DNA from: an uncultured Acidobacteriota bacterium
Lineage (GTDB): Bacteria; Acidobacteriota; JAQAZP01
Direction of reading: 5' to 3'
Length of the DNA: 64,000 bases
Assembly: GCA_963836075.1 (NCBI GenBank)
Contig: CAWIIB010000001.1
Location: forward strand, 1,056,001 to 1,120,000
The notes under the pieces are model-generated. The model worked only from the letters and a program-made list of their open reading frames with translations. It made no database searches and was not told where the DNA came from. This document shows, piece by piece, positions 33,170-43,208 of the stretch (its first letter is position 1; each line of letters opens with the position of its first letter). Made by a program: the position numbers and the translations under genes.

Positions 33170-34154
33170 ATGAATCAGAAGAAAACCTGGGTGCTGCTGC
33201 TGATCCTTGCCGCCGTGGTCGCGGTGCTCTACCTGATGGTCAACCCGCCGGAGCGGGAGCCGAGCGAAGAGACCGCCGAACCGGGTCTCTTTGCCGGTCT
33301 CGACCTGGACCGCATCTCCAGCGTGGTGGTCAACACCCCGCGGAACAGCTCGACGCTGCGCCGCGACGGCGACCGCTGGGTGGTGGAGGAATTCGACGAC
33401 TTCCCCGCCGACCTGCTGGCCCTGGAAGAAGCGGTCACCGCACTGAAGGAGCTGGAACTGGGCGACGTGGTTTCGGAAAACAGTGAGAAGCAGGCCATCT
33501 TCCAGGTGGACCAGAGCGGTGTCGAGGTTCTGCTCTACGGCGACAACGGCGACGATGACCTGCTGGCCCACTTCTTCCTCGGCAAGCCGGGCCACGATTA
33601 CCGCAGTATCTACTTCCGCCTGGCCGATTCGGACCAGGTGCACCTGGTGGACCAGCAGCTGCGCGGCCGATTCGACCGCGGCGACCGAACCTGGCGTAAC
33701 CGCCGCCCCTTCAACTTCCCGCCGGAAGAAGTGAGCGCGCTGCGGCTCCCGGCCGGTGAGAGCGGCGAACAGCTCTCGCTGAAGCTGGACGACCAGGGAA
33801 ACTGGGTGGTGGAAGGCACAGAACCGGTGCCGGCGGACAAGCGCAAAAGTGGAACTGGTGGTCCGGTCCTTCACCCAGTTGGCCGCCGATGATTTCCCCG
33901 AAAGTCCGGACCCCGATCTGGCCGTTTACGGCCTGGACACCCCGCTGTGGACCTACAGTGTCGACCTGCTGGACGGTTCAACCAGAACCCTGCTGGTGGG
34001 CAGTGTGGAAGCGGACGAGAACCGTTACTACGCCAAGCGTGACGACAGCCCGATCATTTACATCCTGGGGAAATTCCGCATCCGCAACCTCTCCAAGACA
34101 CTGGATGAGATCCGTCTGGAGCCGGCCGGGACGCCCACCGGCGGGGAGGATTGA
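33170..34154 (+). CDS. DUF4340 domain protein (frameshift near 33845)
   Basis: N-terminal TM, 'W.VE..PAD', 'YGLDTP', 'YYAKR'; usual last gene of gldAFG-like operons. Confidence 0.75.
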
Positions 34155-34176
34155 CCGGCCAGGAGGAGCGGCCACA

Positions 34177-35181
34177 ATGCCCGCAAACCTGACGCCCGAC
34201 TACATGGCCGCCGAGCAGCGGCTGCAGAGCGCCACAGACCCCCGGGAGCGTCTGGAGATCCTCGAGGAGATGCTCCGCCTGATCCCCAAACACAAGGGGA
34301 CGGACAAACTCCAGGCCGACCTCAAGCGCAAAATCTCCAGGGCCAGGGCCGATCTGAAGAAGAAAGGCCCGGCCGGCCGGAAACGGGTATCCCACCACGT
34401 GGACCGCGAGGGCGCCGGCCAGATCGCCATCGCCGGACCGCCAAACGCCGGCAAGTCGAGCCTGGTCCGGGCGATCACCTCCGCCGAGCCGGAAGTGGCC
34501 CCGTACTCCTTCACCACCCGTGCGCCGATCCCGGCGATGATGAACTTCGAGGACGTCCAGGTGCAGCTGGTGGATCTGCCGCCGGTATCCGACACCTACA
34601 TGGAGTTCTGGGTACCCTCGATCATCCGCTCGGCCGACGCCGTACTGCTGGTGGTGGACCTCTCCGACGACGGCGCACCGCTGGTGGGTACCGAGGAGAC
34701 GCTCACCATCCTGCAGAAAGCGAAGATCCGGCTGGTGGCCGACCCGGACAGCCCGGCCCCCGGGGCCGCGGATGAAAAGGGTGTCGCGCTGAAGAAGGCC
34801 CTGATGGTCTGCACCAAGAACGACCGGCCCGAAGCCGCAGACAACCTGGAGATCCTGCTCGAGTTCTTCGGCCACCTGCTTCCGCGGGTGGAGGTGAACA
34901 CCGAAGACGGCTCGGGCCTGGACCAGTTGCGGGAGGCACTGTTCCGCATGCTGGGCAAGATCCGGGTCTATTCCAAGGCCCCGGGGAAGGAGCCGTCCAT
35001 GGCCACGCCGTTCACCCTCAAGCAGGGATCGCGGGTCATCGATTTCGCCCGCCAGGTGCACAAGGATTTCGCCGAAGGGCTGCAGCATGCCCGGGTCTGG
35101 GGATCAGGGAAATTTGAAGGGCAGAAAGTTCCCCGGGACCACGTCCTCTCCGACCGGGACGTGGTGGAGCTGAATATCTGA
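34177..35181 (+). CDS. DRG/OBG-family GTPase with TGS domain
   Basis: MPANL..IPKHKGT, GPPNAGKSS, YSFTT, TKND, TGS 'ARVWG...GQKV'. Confidence 0.85.
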   Translation: MPANLTPDYMAAEQRLQSATDPRERLEILEEMLRLIPKHKGTDKLQADLKRKISRARADLKKKGPAGRKRVSHHVDREGAGQIAIAGPPNAGKSSLVRAITSAEPEVAPYSFTTRAPIPAMMNFEDVQVQLVDLPPVSDTYMEFWVPSIIRSADAVLLVVDLSDDGAPLVGTEETLTILQKAKIRLVADPDSPAPGAADEKGVALKKALMVCTKNDRPEAADNLEILLEFFGHLLPRVEVNTEDGSGLDQLREALFRMLGKIRVYSKAPGKEPSMATPFTLKQGSRVIDFARQVHKDFAEGLQHARVWGSGKFEGQKVPRDHVLSDRDVVELNI

Positions 35182-35358
35182 ATCAGATTCCGGTTGTTGG
35201 TCTTCTCTCGCCGTGTTTCACGGCGCAGGGGGCATTCCCGGGCACCAGCTTTATCAGCTTTTTGCAGCAGCTGCTCCTCCCGCTCTTCACCGTCAACCCC
35301 TGGCAACGCTATAATGGGATATACCGATTGCGATGGCGGAGCAAGGAGGTTCAGATTG

Positions 35359-36093
35359 ATGCGTTCCACACCCACCTGCCTGGTCTGGCGGCACCTGGCC
35401 CACGAGGGCCCGGGCCTGTTCGGTGACCTGCTCACCGCCCGGGGGTGGGACGTCCGGGTGGTGGATATCACCTCGCCTGGCGACGTGAGCCCGGAAGCGG
35501 ATTCCGCCGATCTCCTGCTGGTCATGGGCGGGCCCATGGGAGTCCACCAGGTGCAGGACCACCCGTTCCTGCAGGCCGAGATCGACCTCTGCGCCCGCCG
35601 GCTGTCCGCCGACCTGCCGACCCTCGGGGTCTGTCTGGGGGCGCAGATCATGGCCGCGGCCCTGGGCGCCCGGGTCTACCCGGCCGCGGTCCGGGAGGTC
35701 GGCTGGTTCGCCCTGAAACCGGAAGCCTGGACCGCCGGGGACAGCGAGACCTGGGGCCTCACCGCCCGCGGCACCACCGTGCTGCACTGGCATGGCGACA
35801 CCTTTGACCTGCCCGACGGGGCGCTGCGCCTGGCCGGCTCGGCAGCCACCCCGAACCAGGGTTTCCGGGCCGGGCGCAACGGGTATGCACTGCAGTTCCA
35901 CCTCGAGGTACCAGCGGCCGAGATCCGCGTCTGGACCGCCGGCCACCAGAAAGGTGCGGAAGAGGGCAGCAACGTGCAGACCGCCCGGGAGATCGAGGAC
36001 GGGGCGCTGCGCCACGGAACGGACGCGGCCGAGAACGCCGCGATCTTCCTCCATGCCTATCTGTCCCGCCTGGAAGCGGAATGCACGCCATGA
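35359..36093 (+). CDS. Class I glutamine amidotransferase
   Basis: MGGPMG, GVCLGAQ, WHGD, QFHLE. Confidence 0.9.
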   Translation: MRSTPTCLVWRHLAHEGPGLFGDLLTARGWDVRVVDITSPGDVSPEADSADLLLVMGGPMGVHQVQDHPFLQAEIDLCARRLSADLPTLGVCLGAQIMAAALGARVYPAAVREVGWFALKPEAWTAGDSETWGLTARGTTVLHWHGDTFDLPDGALRLAGSAATPNQGFRAGRNGYALQFHLEVPAAEIRVWTAGHQKGAEEGSNVQTAREIEDGALRHGTDAAENAAIFLHAYLSRLEAECTP

Positions 36094-38294
36094 AGCAGTT
36101 CCGGCTCCCGGCCCTTCTTCTGTTGACCCTGCTCCTTATCCCGGCGTGCCGGGAAACCGGTCAGGAGGCCAAGCCCGAGAAAACCGCCCGGGAGGTGGCC
36201 CGGGCCGTTCGCATTCAGCAGTCGGGCGGCGCCGCACCCCACCGCAACATTCACCACGTCTCCCGTCCGCTGCTGCTTGAGGGCTCCGGCCGGTTCAGCT
36301 CAGCTCTGTTCACCGTTCCCCCCGGGGCGGAAATGGAAACCGCTTATGGCATTTCCGGAGGACGGTTTGCCCGACCGGCCGGCCAGACGTCTGCAACCGT
36401 CGATGAAGCAGAGCGGCCGGTGACCTTCACCCTCTCCTTCGAACCCCGGTCCGGTGGAGCGCCCCGGACACTGCACCAGGAGACCCTGGATGCCGCGCCG
36501 GACCGCAGCCGGCAGTGGTGGCGCGAACGCCGTATCGATCTCTCCCCGCTGGCCGGGGCCACCGGGAGCTTTATCTTCGAAACCGGCCCGGTCCCGGCTG
36601 CGGAGGAAGCACTGAAACCGCGAAACCGCCCGGTCCCGGTCTGGGCGGAAAGCGTTCTTCGCCCACGGGCTGCCGGAGGCCGGGGCCGGCTGATCATCCT
36701 TGTTTCCGCCGACACATGCCGGGCCGACGCCCTGGGCTGTTACGGCCAGCAGCGCTGGACCACCCCTCACCTGGACGCCTTTTCCCGTCAATGCCTGCTC
36801 TTTGAAAACGCCTACGGCCCGTCGCCCTGGACACTGCCGTCCCACGCCTCGCTGCTCACCGCCACCTACCCCAACGTGCACCTGCTGGAGACATACCGCC
36901 CCACGGCCCTCTCCCCGCAGATCAGGACGCTCACCGAAGAACTGGCGGCCGCCGGATTCCTCACCGCCGCCTTCGTCGATATGGGCTTCATCACCCCGTT
37001 CAAGGGCCTGCATCGCGGCTTTGACCTCTTTGACTACCGCGGCACGGGCATCCGGCAGATCAGTGAGCGGCTGTTGCCCTGGATCCTCCAGCGACCCGCA
37101 GACGACCTCTTCCTCTTCTTCCACTTTTACGACATCCACTTTCCCTACGACGAGCAGATCCCGGGCCGCACCTTCGGTGCCGGAACCCAGCCGGACGGGG
37201 TGGACCACCGGGTGCTGACCAACAACCGGGCGAGTGACCCGGCGGTGGCCGCACACCTCCACGACCTGTATCACAACGGGGTGGCCTACACCGACGAGGC
37301 CTTCGGACGCGTTCTCGCCGCCCTGCGCGGCAGCGGGCGCTACCGGGATGCGCTGATCGTCTTCCTCTCCGACCATGGCGAAGAGTTCGCTGAACACGGC
37401 CGGCTGGGGCACCAGCTGGCCCTGTTCCAGGAATCGCTGGCCGTTCCACTGCTGATCAAGCTGCCGGGCAACCGGCTGGCCGGTTCACGCTCACCGCTTC
37501 CGGCCAGCCTGGTAGACCTGATGCCCACCATCCTCGGTCAGGCCGGTCTGTCGTCCCCGCCGGGGAGCGGGGGGATCGATCTTCTCGGCCCCGCCCCACC
37601 CGACCCCGACGCCCGGTTCGTCTTTGGCGAGACCGTTCTGGAAGGCAGCGCCAGCGCGTTGATCGGCCGGCGGTACAAGCTGATCCACCAGGCCGGATCG
37701 GACACCATCCTCACCGACCTGAAAACGGATCCGGGAGAACTGCAGGCGGGACATGACCGCGCCCAACAGGACCGTTTTGAGCTGATGACCCAGGCCCTGG
37801 TCACCGACCATCTCTGGCGCAGGCCCGGTCTGCACATCTGGTTTGCCGGCCTGGAGCCGGGAACGGCGCTGGAGATCACCGTGGGAGGCCGCAGCCTGCA
37901 ATTCCAATCGATCCTTCCGTTCCGGGCAGATCTTCAGCCTGCGGACACTCAACCGGATACGGACGTCTGGAGGGCCCGGTTCACACCCCGGGATACGGCC
38001 TGCGGTCTGGTTCTCGGGTTCAAGGGGGACCCACCGGAGGAACTGACCGTGAGGGTGACCGATGTTCCCCTCCGGCTGCCCGGGGGCGGTCCAGCCGCCG
38101 GACCAGCCGAATGGTGCCGCTGTCCGCTGAACTCACCGCAGCCCGGGGCGACGGAGCTCGACCTGCTCGATAAAACACGCACTCCCCTCGGTCTGGTCCA
38201 CTACCGGCACCGGGCCCCCTCGATACTGCCGGAACCCGGGGAGGAGGACCGGGAGGTCACCGACCGTCTGCGACAGCTGGGGTATCTCGAATGA
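36090..38294 (+). CDS. Sulfatase-fold lipoprotein
   Basis: LIPAC lipobox, DTCRAD, PWTLPSHASLLT, SDHGEE, ends RLRQLGYLE. Confidence 0.85.
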   Translation: MKQFRLPALLLLTLLLIPACRETGQEAKPEKTAREVARAVRIQQSGGAAPHRNIHHVSRPLLLEGSGRFSSALFTVPPGAEMETAYGISGGRFARPAGQTSATVDEAERPVTFTLSFEPRSGGAPRTLHQETLDAAPDRSRQWWRERRIDLSPLAGATGSFIFETGPVPAAEEALKPRNRPVPVWAESVLRPRAAGGRGRLIILVSADTCRADALGCYGQQRWTTPHLDAFSRQCLLFENAYGPSPWTLPSHASLLTATYPNVHLLETYRPTALSPQIRTLTEELAAAGFLTAAFVDMGFITPFKGLHRGFDLFDYRGTGIRQISERLLPWILQRPADDLFLFFHFYDIHFPYDEQIPGRTFGAGTQPDGVDHRVLTNNRASDPAVAAHLHDLYHNGVAYTDEAFGRVLAALRGSGRYRDALIVFLSDHGEEFAEHGRLGHQLALFQESLAVPLLIKLPGNRLAGSRSPLPASLVDLMPTILGQAGLSSPPGSGGIDLLGPAPPDPDARFVFGETVLEGSASALIGRRYKLIHQAGSDTILTDLKTDPGELQAGHDRAQQDRFELMTQALVTDHLWRRPGLHIWFAGLEPGTALEITVGGRSLQFQSILPFRADLQPADTQPDTDVWRARFTPRDTACGLVLGFKGDPPEELTVRVTDVPLRLPGGGPAAGPAEWCRCPLNSPQPGATELDLLDKTRTPLGLVHYRHRAPSILPEPGEEDREVTDRLRQLGYLE

Positions 38295-38396
38295 TTCTCC
38301 CTCCCGGACGGTTCCACTTTCCTTCCCTCCTCGCACTGCGATATGATTGGTTGTTCACCGGTGTCCCCGTGTCCCGTCGGCAGGCGAGTGATGACG

Positions 38397-39176
38397 ATGA
38401 TGGAAGCAAAAATACTGGCGGTGGGTGATGAAATCCTCAGTGGCACCACCGCGGACAGCAATTCCGGGTGGCTCGCCGGAAGGCTCACCAGGCTGGGCAT
38501 CCGGGTGGTGGAAATCCGTGTCATTCCGGACGTGGAAGAGATCATTGCGAAATATCTCCAACAGAACCAGAGCTGGCCGGGCCTGATCTTCACCATGGGC
38601 GGCATCGGTCCGACCCACGATGACCTGACCCGGGCTGCGGTGGCCCGCGGTCTGGGGCTGGAACTGGTTTCGGACATCGCCTCCCAAAAGGTGCTCAAGG
38701 CTCATTACGGCAGCCGCTGCAACGAGCAAAGACTGAAAATGGCAATGCTGCCCGAGGGGGCGGACCTGTACCCCGGTGCCGATTCAGCGGCACCCGGCTT
38801 CCGGGTGGGCAACGTCTTTGTTCTGGCCGGCGTCCCGGAGATCATGAAGCGGATGTTCGAGGCCGTGGCCCCGGAACTGCCCACCTCGCCCTACCACCGG
38901 CGGGTGGTCTACACCCCGAACAGCGAGGGCGAGATCGCCGGCATCCTGGGTGAGGTGCAGAAGGCGTTCACCGAGGTGAGCCTTGGCTGCTACCCGTCCC
39001 TCTCACGGTTCAGGGCCGGCGGCTACCCCACCAAGCTGGTCTTCAGCTCGTCGAGCACGGAAATCATCGAGAAGGCGCTGCGGATGCTGGCTCGCGAAGT
39101 GGAACTCTTCGTGGATGACGGAATGGACGAGACGAAGCGTGAGCCGCTGCCCCCCACCGGAGGCACCGGTCAATGA
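38397..39176 (+). CDS. CinA-like molybdopterin-binding domain protein
   Basis: VGDEILSG...DSNS, GGIGPTHDDLT, LAGVP. Confidence 0.85.
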   Translation: MMEAKILAVGDEILSGTTADSNSGWLAGRLTRLGIRVVEIRVIPDVEEIIAKYLQQNQSWPGLIFTMGGIGPTHDDLTRAAVARGLGLELVSDIASQKVLKAHYGSRCNEQRLKMAMLPEGADLYPGADSAAPGFRVGNVFVLAGVPEIMKRMFEAVAPELPTSPYHRRVVYTPNSEGEIAGILGEVQKAFTEVSLGCYPSLSRFRAGGYPTKLVFSSSSTEIIEKALRMLAREVELFVDDGMDETKREPLPPTGGTGQ

Positions 39177-39595
39177 TCCAGGTCAACGTCGACTGCCCGG
39201 CCTGCGGCGCCTCACTGATGGACGAAGAGCAGACCGTGGGGGGCTCGCCTGCCATCCTCACCCGGGTGGAACTGGACGGCGGGAAAGTAGACCTGCGGCT
39301 TTCCTCCGTGCTGGGCGATCACACCATCCACTGCGAAGCCGAGATCGAGGCGGGCCGGGAGGTGGTGTTCCTCTGTCCCCGCTGCCAGCAGTCGCTCACC
39401 GGCACCCGGACCTGCGATCTCTGCTCGGCGGCCATGGCCCATTTCCGGATGCGGGATGGCGGCGGGATCCAGGTCTGCTGCCGGCGCGGTTGCCCCAAAC
39501 ACGTCCTCGAGTTCGAGAATCCCGAGACCGAGGTGTCCGAATTCTACCGCCGGAACCCGATCTTCTGGGACGCCTACCATTCGCCCGAAGAGTAA
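39173..39595 (+). CDS. Cys-rich putative metal-binding protein
   Basis: CPAC, CPRC, CDLC, CCRRGC..H. Confidence 0.7.
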   Translation: MIQVNVDCPACGASLMDEEQTVGGSPAILTRVELDGGKVDLRLSSVLGDHTIHCEAEIEAGREVVFLCPRCQQSLTGTRTCDLCSAAMAHFRMRDGGGIQVCCRRGCPKHVLEFENPETEVSEFYRRNPIFWDAYHSPEE

Positions 39596-39662
39596 TAATG
39601 GAGACAGTTACCTGGTACGCTCGCAACTGCGAGTGTACCAGGTAACTGTCTCCATTATTACT
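39591..39662. repeat. 72-bp near-perfect palindrome between convergent genes
   Basis: 28-bp perfect arms AGTAATAATGGAGACAGTTACCTGGTAC plus 7 further pairs (one G-T). Confidence 0.95.
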
Positions 39663-39668
39663 ACTCTG

Positions 39669-40361
39669 TCACAGCACCTTGAAGATATACTTCAGACAGA
39701 ACCAGACACCCACCAGCAGGAAGAGGACTCCAGTGCCCCTCCTGGCCCACTTCTCGAAGCTGGTCAGCATGTTGAACGCCCGGCTCAGCCGGTGGGCGCT
39801 GAAGGCCAGCAAGAGCGAGAAGAAGACCACCGGCAGTGCGGTGCCCAGGCCGTAAAGGCAGGGCATCATCACCGGTGATCCGTGGTTGACGGCCAGCGGC
39901 ACCAGGCTGCCGAAGAAGAGGGCCGCGGAGACCGGGCAGAAGGAGAGCGCGAAGACCACGCCCAGCAGGCCCGCCCCCCAGATGCCGCCGCGGTCCGCCC
40001 GGGCCTTCATCCTCTCGGAGAGGCCGCTGCCGGCAAAGACCACGGGGACCATTTCCAGCAACACCATGCCGGCCAGGATGAGCAGTGGCCCCAGCAGGAT
40101 GTTCATGTAGCGCTGGAGAAAAGTGGAGAGCGCCGGGACCGAAGCCAGGCTGGAGAGGATCAGCAGGGCCAATGCAATGTACGCAGCCATCCGGCCCAGG
40201 GTGTAGAGCAGACCGGCGGCGAGGACCAGGCGCGGGCGATCGACCCGCTTGCCGATGTAGGAGATGGCGGTGATATTGGTGGCCAGCGGACAGGGGCTGA
40301 TGGAGGTGAGGATGCCGAGCCAGCCGGCGGTGACCAGCCCCAGCCAGTATCCCTCCATCAT
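39669..40361 (-). CDS. ArsG-like / CcdA-DsbD transmembrane protein
   Basis: LTSISPCPLATNI, ALSFCPVSAALFFG. Confidence 0.8.
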   Translation of the reverse strand: MMEGYWLGLVTAGWLGILTSISPCPLATNITAISYIGKRVDRPRLVLAAGLLYTLGRMAAYIALALLILSSLASVPALSTFLQRYMNILLGPLLILAGMVLLEMVPVVFAGSGLSERMKARADRGGIWGAGLLGVVFALSFCPVSAALFFGSLVPLAVNHGSPVMMPCLYGLGTALPVVFFSLLLAFSAHRLSRAFNMLTSFEKWARRGTGVLFLLVGVWFCLKYIFKVL

Positions 40362-40876
40362 GCGTCCCCGAGAAAGGTCGAAATTTCCGATTCCACGTAG
40401 CTGTTGAATTTCATCGGGCTGTGCACCAGTTCCCAGACCCGGGTGCAGTTCTTGTATTTTACCGTCTCGCCGTCCTTCCGCTGGGCCAGGACAAGCGACG
40501 TGGTGTGCAGTTCGAAATCTTCCATGAAGTGCTTGTTTGCCGGCTGGTCCACGTTCAGCGCCAACCACTGCAATCGACCGTCCTCCATCGCCTCGGGAAA
40601 ACCGTCCTCCATGGCCATCTTTGACAGCTCCTCGATCTTGAGACAGGTGGCGCAGCGGCTCTCCGGGTGCAGGTAGTAGGCAATCACACCGTTGTCGATG
40701 GCTTGCACCGGCGGGGCCGCGGCCACGACGGGCGCGGGAGGATCTTCCCCCTGCTCCGCCGGCAGGGCGCCGGTCTTCTCCACCTCCGGCGTGTCCGCCG
40801 GATTGAGCAGGGCCCAGGCCACAGCGACAATCACAAATGCCAGCAAAACCACCGCCAGAACGTGTTTCATCTGCAT
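40358..40876 (-). CDS. ArsF-like thioredoxin-fold periplasmic protein
   Basis: YYLH...RCATC..IE, NVDQPANKHF. Confidence 0.75.
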   Translation of the reverse strand: MQMKHVLAVVLLAFVIVAVAWALLNPADTPEVEKTGALPAEQGEDPPAPVVAAAPPVQAIDNGVIAYYLHPESRCATCLKIEELSKMAMEDGFPEAMEDGRLQWLALNVDQPANKHFMEDFELHTTSLVLAQRKDGETVKYKNCTRVWELVHSPMKFNSYVESEISTFLGDA

Positions 40877-40889
40877 TTTCCGTCCTCCC

Positions 40890-41129
40890 TCAGCTGATCA
40901 TTCCCTTGATCTCGTCCAGCGACGGCAGTTTGCCGGTAACTTTCACCTCGCCGTCCACCACCAGGCCGGGGGTCATGATCACTCCCCGTTCGGTGATCGC
41001 CATGATGTCGGTGACCTTGACCAGTTCATAATCCAAACCCAGTTCCCGGGCCGCCTGATCGGTGAGCTCAGCAAGTTTGTCGCACTTGGCACAACCGGTA
41101 CCGAGTATTTCCAGCTTCTTCATGTTCAT
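40890..41129 (-). CDS. Small thioredoxin-like protein (MTH895/ArsE type)
   Basis: ILGTGCAKC, MTPGLVVDG. Confidence 0.85.
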   Translation of the reverse strand: MNMKKLEILGTGCAKCDKLAELTDQAARELGLDYELVKVTDIMAITERGVIMTPGLVVDGEVKVTGKLPSLDEIKGMIS

Positions 41130-41156
41130 CCCTTCGTTCTGTGGAGCGCTTCACGC

Positions 41157-42323
41157 TCAGGAGAGCACGGCTCCACCAATGATACCCGATACGGTGGCCA
41201 TTGCCACCACCAGCAGCACGTAAACCACCGTCTTTTTCGTCCCCAGCACGCCGCGGATCACCAGCATGTTGGGCAGCGAGAGGGCCGGGCCGGCCAGCAG
41301 CAGGGCCAGGGCCGGCCCCTTGCCCATGCCGGCGCCGATCAGCCCCTCGAGGATCGGCACCTCGGTGAGGGTGGCGAAATACATGAACGCCCCCACCACC
41401 GAAGCGAAGAGGTTGGCAGCCCAGGAATTGCCGCCCACCAGCATCGAGACCCACTCCGACGGAATCAGCCCCTCGCTGCCCGGGCGGCCCAGAAGAAATC
41501 CGGCCAGCAGCACTCCGCCGAGCAGCAGGGGCAGGATCATCGCCGCATACTCCCAGGATGAGGCCATCCAGCTTTTCATTTCGTCCTTCCTGAACCAGCG
41601 CCAGAGCACCAGGGCCAGCAGCAGGGCCAGCAGTCCGGTGATCGCCCACTTGGCCTGGTAAAGAAAGACCCAGACCTGGCCCGCCCCTTCACGGGGCGCG
41701 CCCCAGTTGGCAATGACCAGCAAGGCGATCATCAGCGCGAAATAGACGGCCTCCTGCCACAGCGGCCTGGCCGTCTCCATCTCGGCGGTGGCGATTCCCC
41801 CTTCACCGGCGGCCGTCTCCTTGCGAAAGATGAACTGCATGGCCATACCGATGACCACCGAGAAGACCACCGCACCCACGGCACGGGCAATGCCGAGCTC
41901 CGGCCCCAGCACCCGGGCGGTGAGGATGATGGCCAGCACGTTTACCGCCGGTCCGGCATAGAGGAAGGCTGTGGCCGGGCCGAGGCCGGCCCCGCGGCGG
42001 TAGATGCCGGCAAAGAGCGGCAGGACGGTGCAGGAACAGACGGCCAGCACCGACCCGGATACCGAGGCCACGCCATAGGCCAGAAAACGGTTGGCCCGGG
42101 CGCCGAGATACTTGATCACCGAAGCCTGGGAGATAAAAGTTGCAATGGCGCCGGCGATGAAAAACGCGGGCACCAGGCAGAGCAGCACGTGTTCACGGGC
42201 ATACCAGCTGGTGAGGGCCAGCGACTCGTTGACCGCCCGTCCGAAGCGTGCCCCGTCAACGGGCAGGAACCAGAAGAGCAGGAAAACGCCAAGGAACAGC
42301 AGAAACTTCTTGCGGTCGTTCAC
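41157..42323 (-). CDS. ArsP/DUF318 permease
   Basis: AVCSCTVLPLF, YFATLTEVPI, GPALSLP; GTGA overlap with arsR. Confidence 0.85.
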   Translation of the reverse strand: MNDRKKFLLFLGVFLLFWFLPVDGARFGRAVNESLALTSWYAREHVLLCLVPAFFIAGAIATFISQASVIKYLGARANRFLAYGVASVSGSVLAVCSCTVLPLFAGIYRRGAGLGPATAFLYAGPAVNVLAIILTARVLGPELGIARAVGAVVFSVVIGMAMQFIFRKETAAGEGGIATAEMETARPLWQEAVYFALMIALLVIANWGAPREGAGQVWVFLYQAKWAITGLLALLLALVLWRWFRKDEMKSWMASSWEYAAMILPLLLGGVLLAGFLLGRPGSEGLIPSEWVSMLVGGNSWAANLFASVVGAFMYFATLTEVPILEGLIGAGMGKGPALALLLAGPALSLPNMLVIRGVLGTKKTVVYVLLVVAMATVSGIIGGAVLS

Positions 42324-42625
42324 TCGCACCCTCCCCCGCCCTTGTTTCCGTTCAGCACCCTGGTTGTGCACGAAAACATCTCGAGAACACAAGGTGTGAG
42401 CAGTCGGTAGAAGATGACATTGCCTTCTTTTCGGTTCTCCACGATCCCGGCGGTCAGCAGCACGGCCAGGTGCTTGGATACCGTGGACTGGTCCAGTCCA
42501 ACAGCCCGCGTCAGGTCTCCCGCCGATCGTTCACACCGGCGAAGCTGCTGAATGATCATCAGTCGCGCCTCGTTCCCCAACGCCCGGTGGAGCCTGGCCT
42601 GCGCCTTGAAATCTTCTCTCTGCAT
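42320..42625 (-). CDS. arsR: ArsR/SmtB family regulator
   Basis: ALGNEARL.I, DQSTVSKHL, Y.L..PCV..MFSC. Confidence 0.85.
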   Translation of the reverse strand: MQREDFKAQARLHRALGNEARLMIIQQLRRCERSAGDLTRAVGLDQSTVSKHLAVLLTAGIVENRKEGNVIFYRLLTPCVLEMFSCTTRVLNGNKGGGGCE

Positions 42626-42673
42626 CACCGAACCTCCCCCTGTCCGCCACTGGATGTCTGTGGCAAGATGGAG

Positions 42674-42702
42674 ATCATATGGCAATATGGCAATATTGTC
42701 AA
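42674..42702 (-). promoter_or_regulatory. sigma70 promoter of ars operon with repeated ATATTGCC in the spacer (putative ArsR operator)
   Basis: On - strand TTGACA-ATATTGCCATATTGCCA-TATGAT. Confidence 0.75.
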
Positions 42703-42758
42703 ATTGCTTGAGCCCATCGTGCTTTACAGTGTCTTTGAATTTCGAATAAGCCGGAGAT

Positions 42759-43208
42759 TCAGGTAGTTCGGCCCTCACGCATGGCCAGGGCCTGTTCGAT
42801 CACGCGCGGCAAGCTCGAAGTGGTCTGGTAGTCGGCCAGTTCTTCGGGGAGGACGAACCGGGCATCCGCGGCGTCTGAGGCGGCGGTTGGCACACTGTCT
42901 CCGGCCGCTTCGCAGAGATAATCAACCAGGACGTAGTGATATTGCACGGTGCCGTCCTCGTCTCGGAGAATCCGGTCAAAGGTGGTGATCAGGGGCCCCA
43001 CCTCCACCTCGACCCCGGTCTCCTCCAGCACCTCCCGGCGGACACCGTCGGCCATGGATTCCCCGAGGTCGAGCATTCCGCCCGGTATGGACCAGCGGCC
43101 CTTGAGCGGTTCGCTCCCGCGGCGGATCAGCAGCACCCGGCCGTCGGGGTGGAAAACCACCCCACCCACGCCGACCCTCGGATGCTCCGGATAGCGCCTG
43201 TTCCCCAT
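42759..43208 (-). CDS. Nudix hydrolase
   Basis: Nudix box GGMLDLGESMADGVRREVLEETG. Confidence 0.9.
   Translation of the reverse strand: MGNRRYPEHPRVGVGGVVFHPDGRVLLIRRGSEPLKGRWSIPGGMLDLGESMADGVRREVLEETGVEVEVGPLITTFDRILRDEDGTVQYHYVLVDYLCEAAGDSVPTAASDAADARFVLPEELADYQTTSSLPRVIEQALAMREGRTT

Noticed and set aside
32555-33892. GldG-DUF4340 fusion ORF
   Set aside because: An out-of-frame TGA (33162-33164) plus RBS and ATG 33170 with a new TM segment indicate two genes joined by an indel
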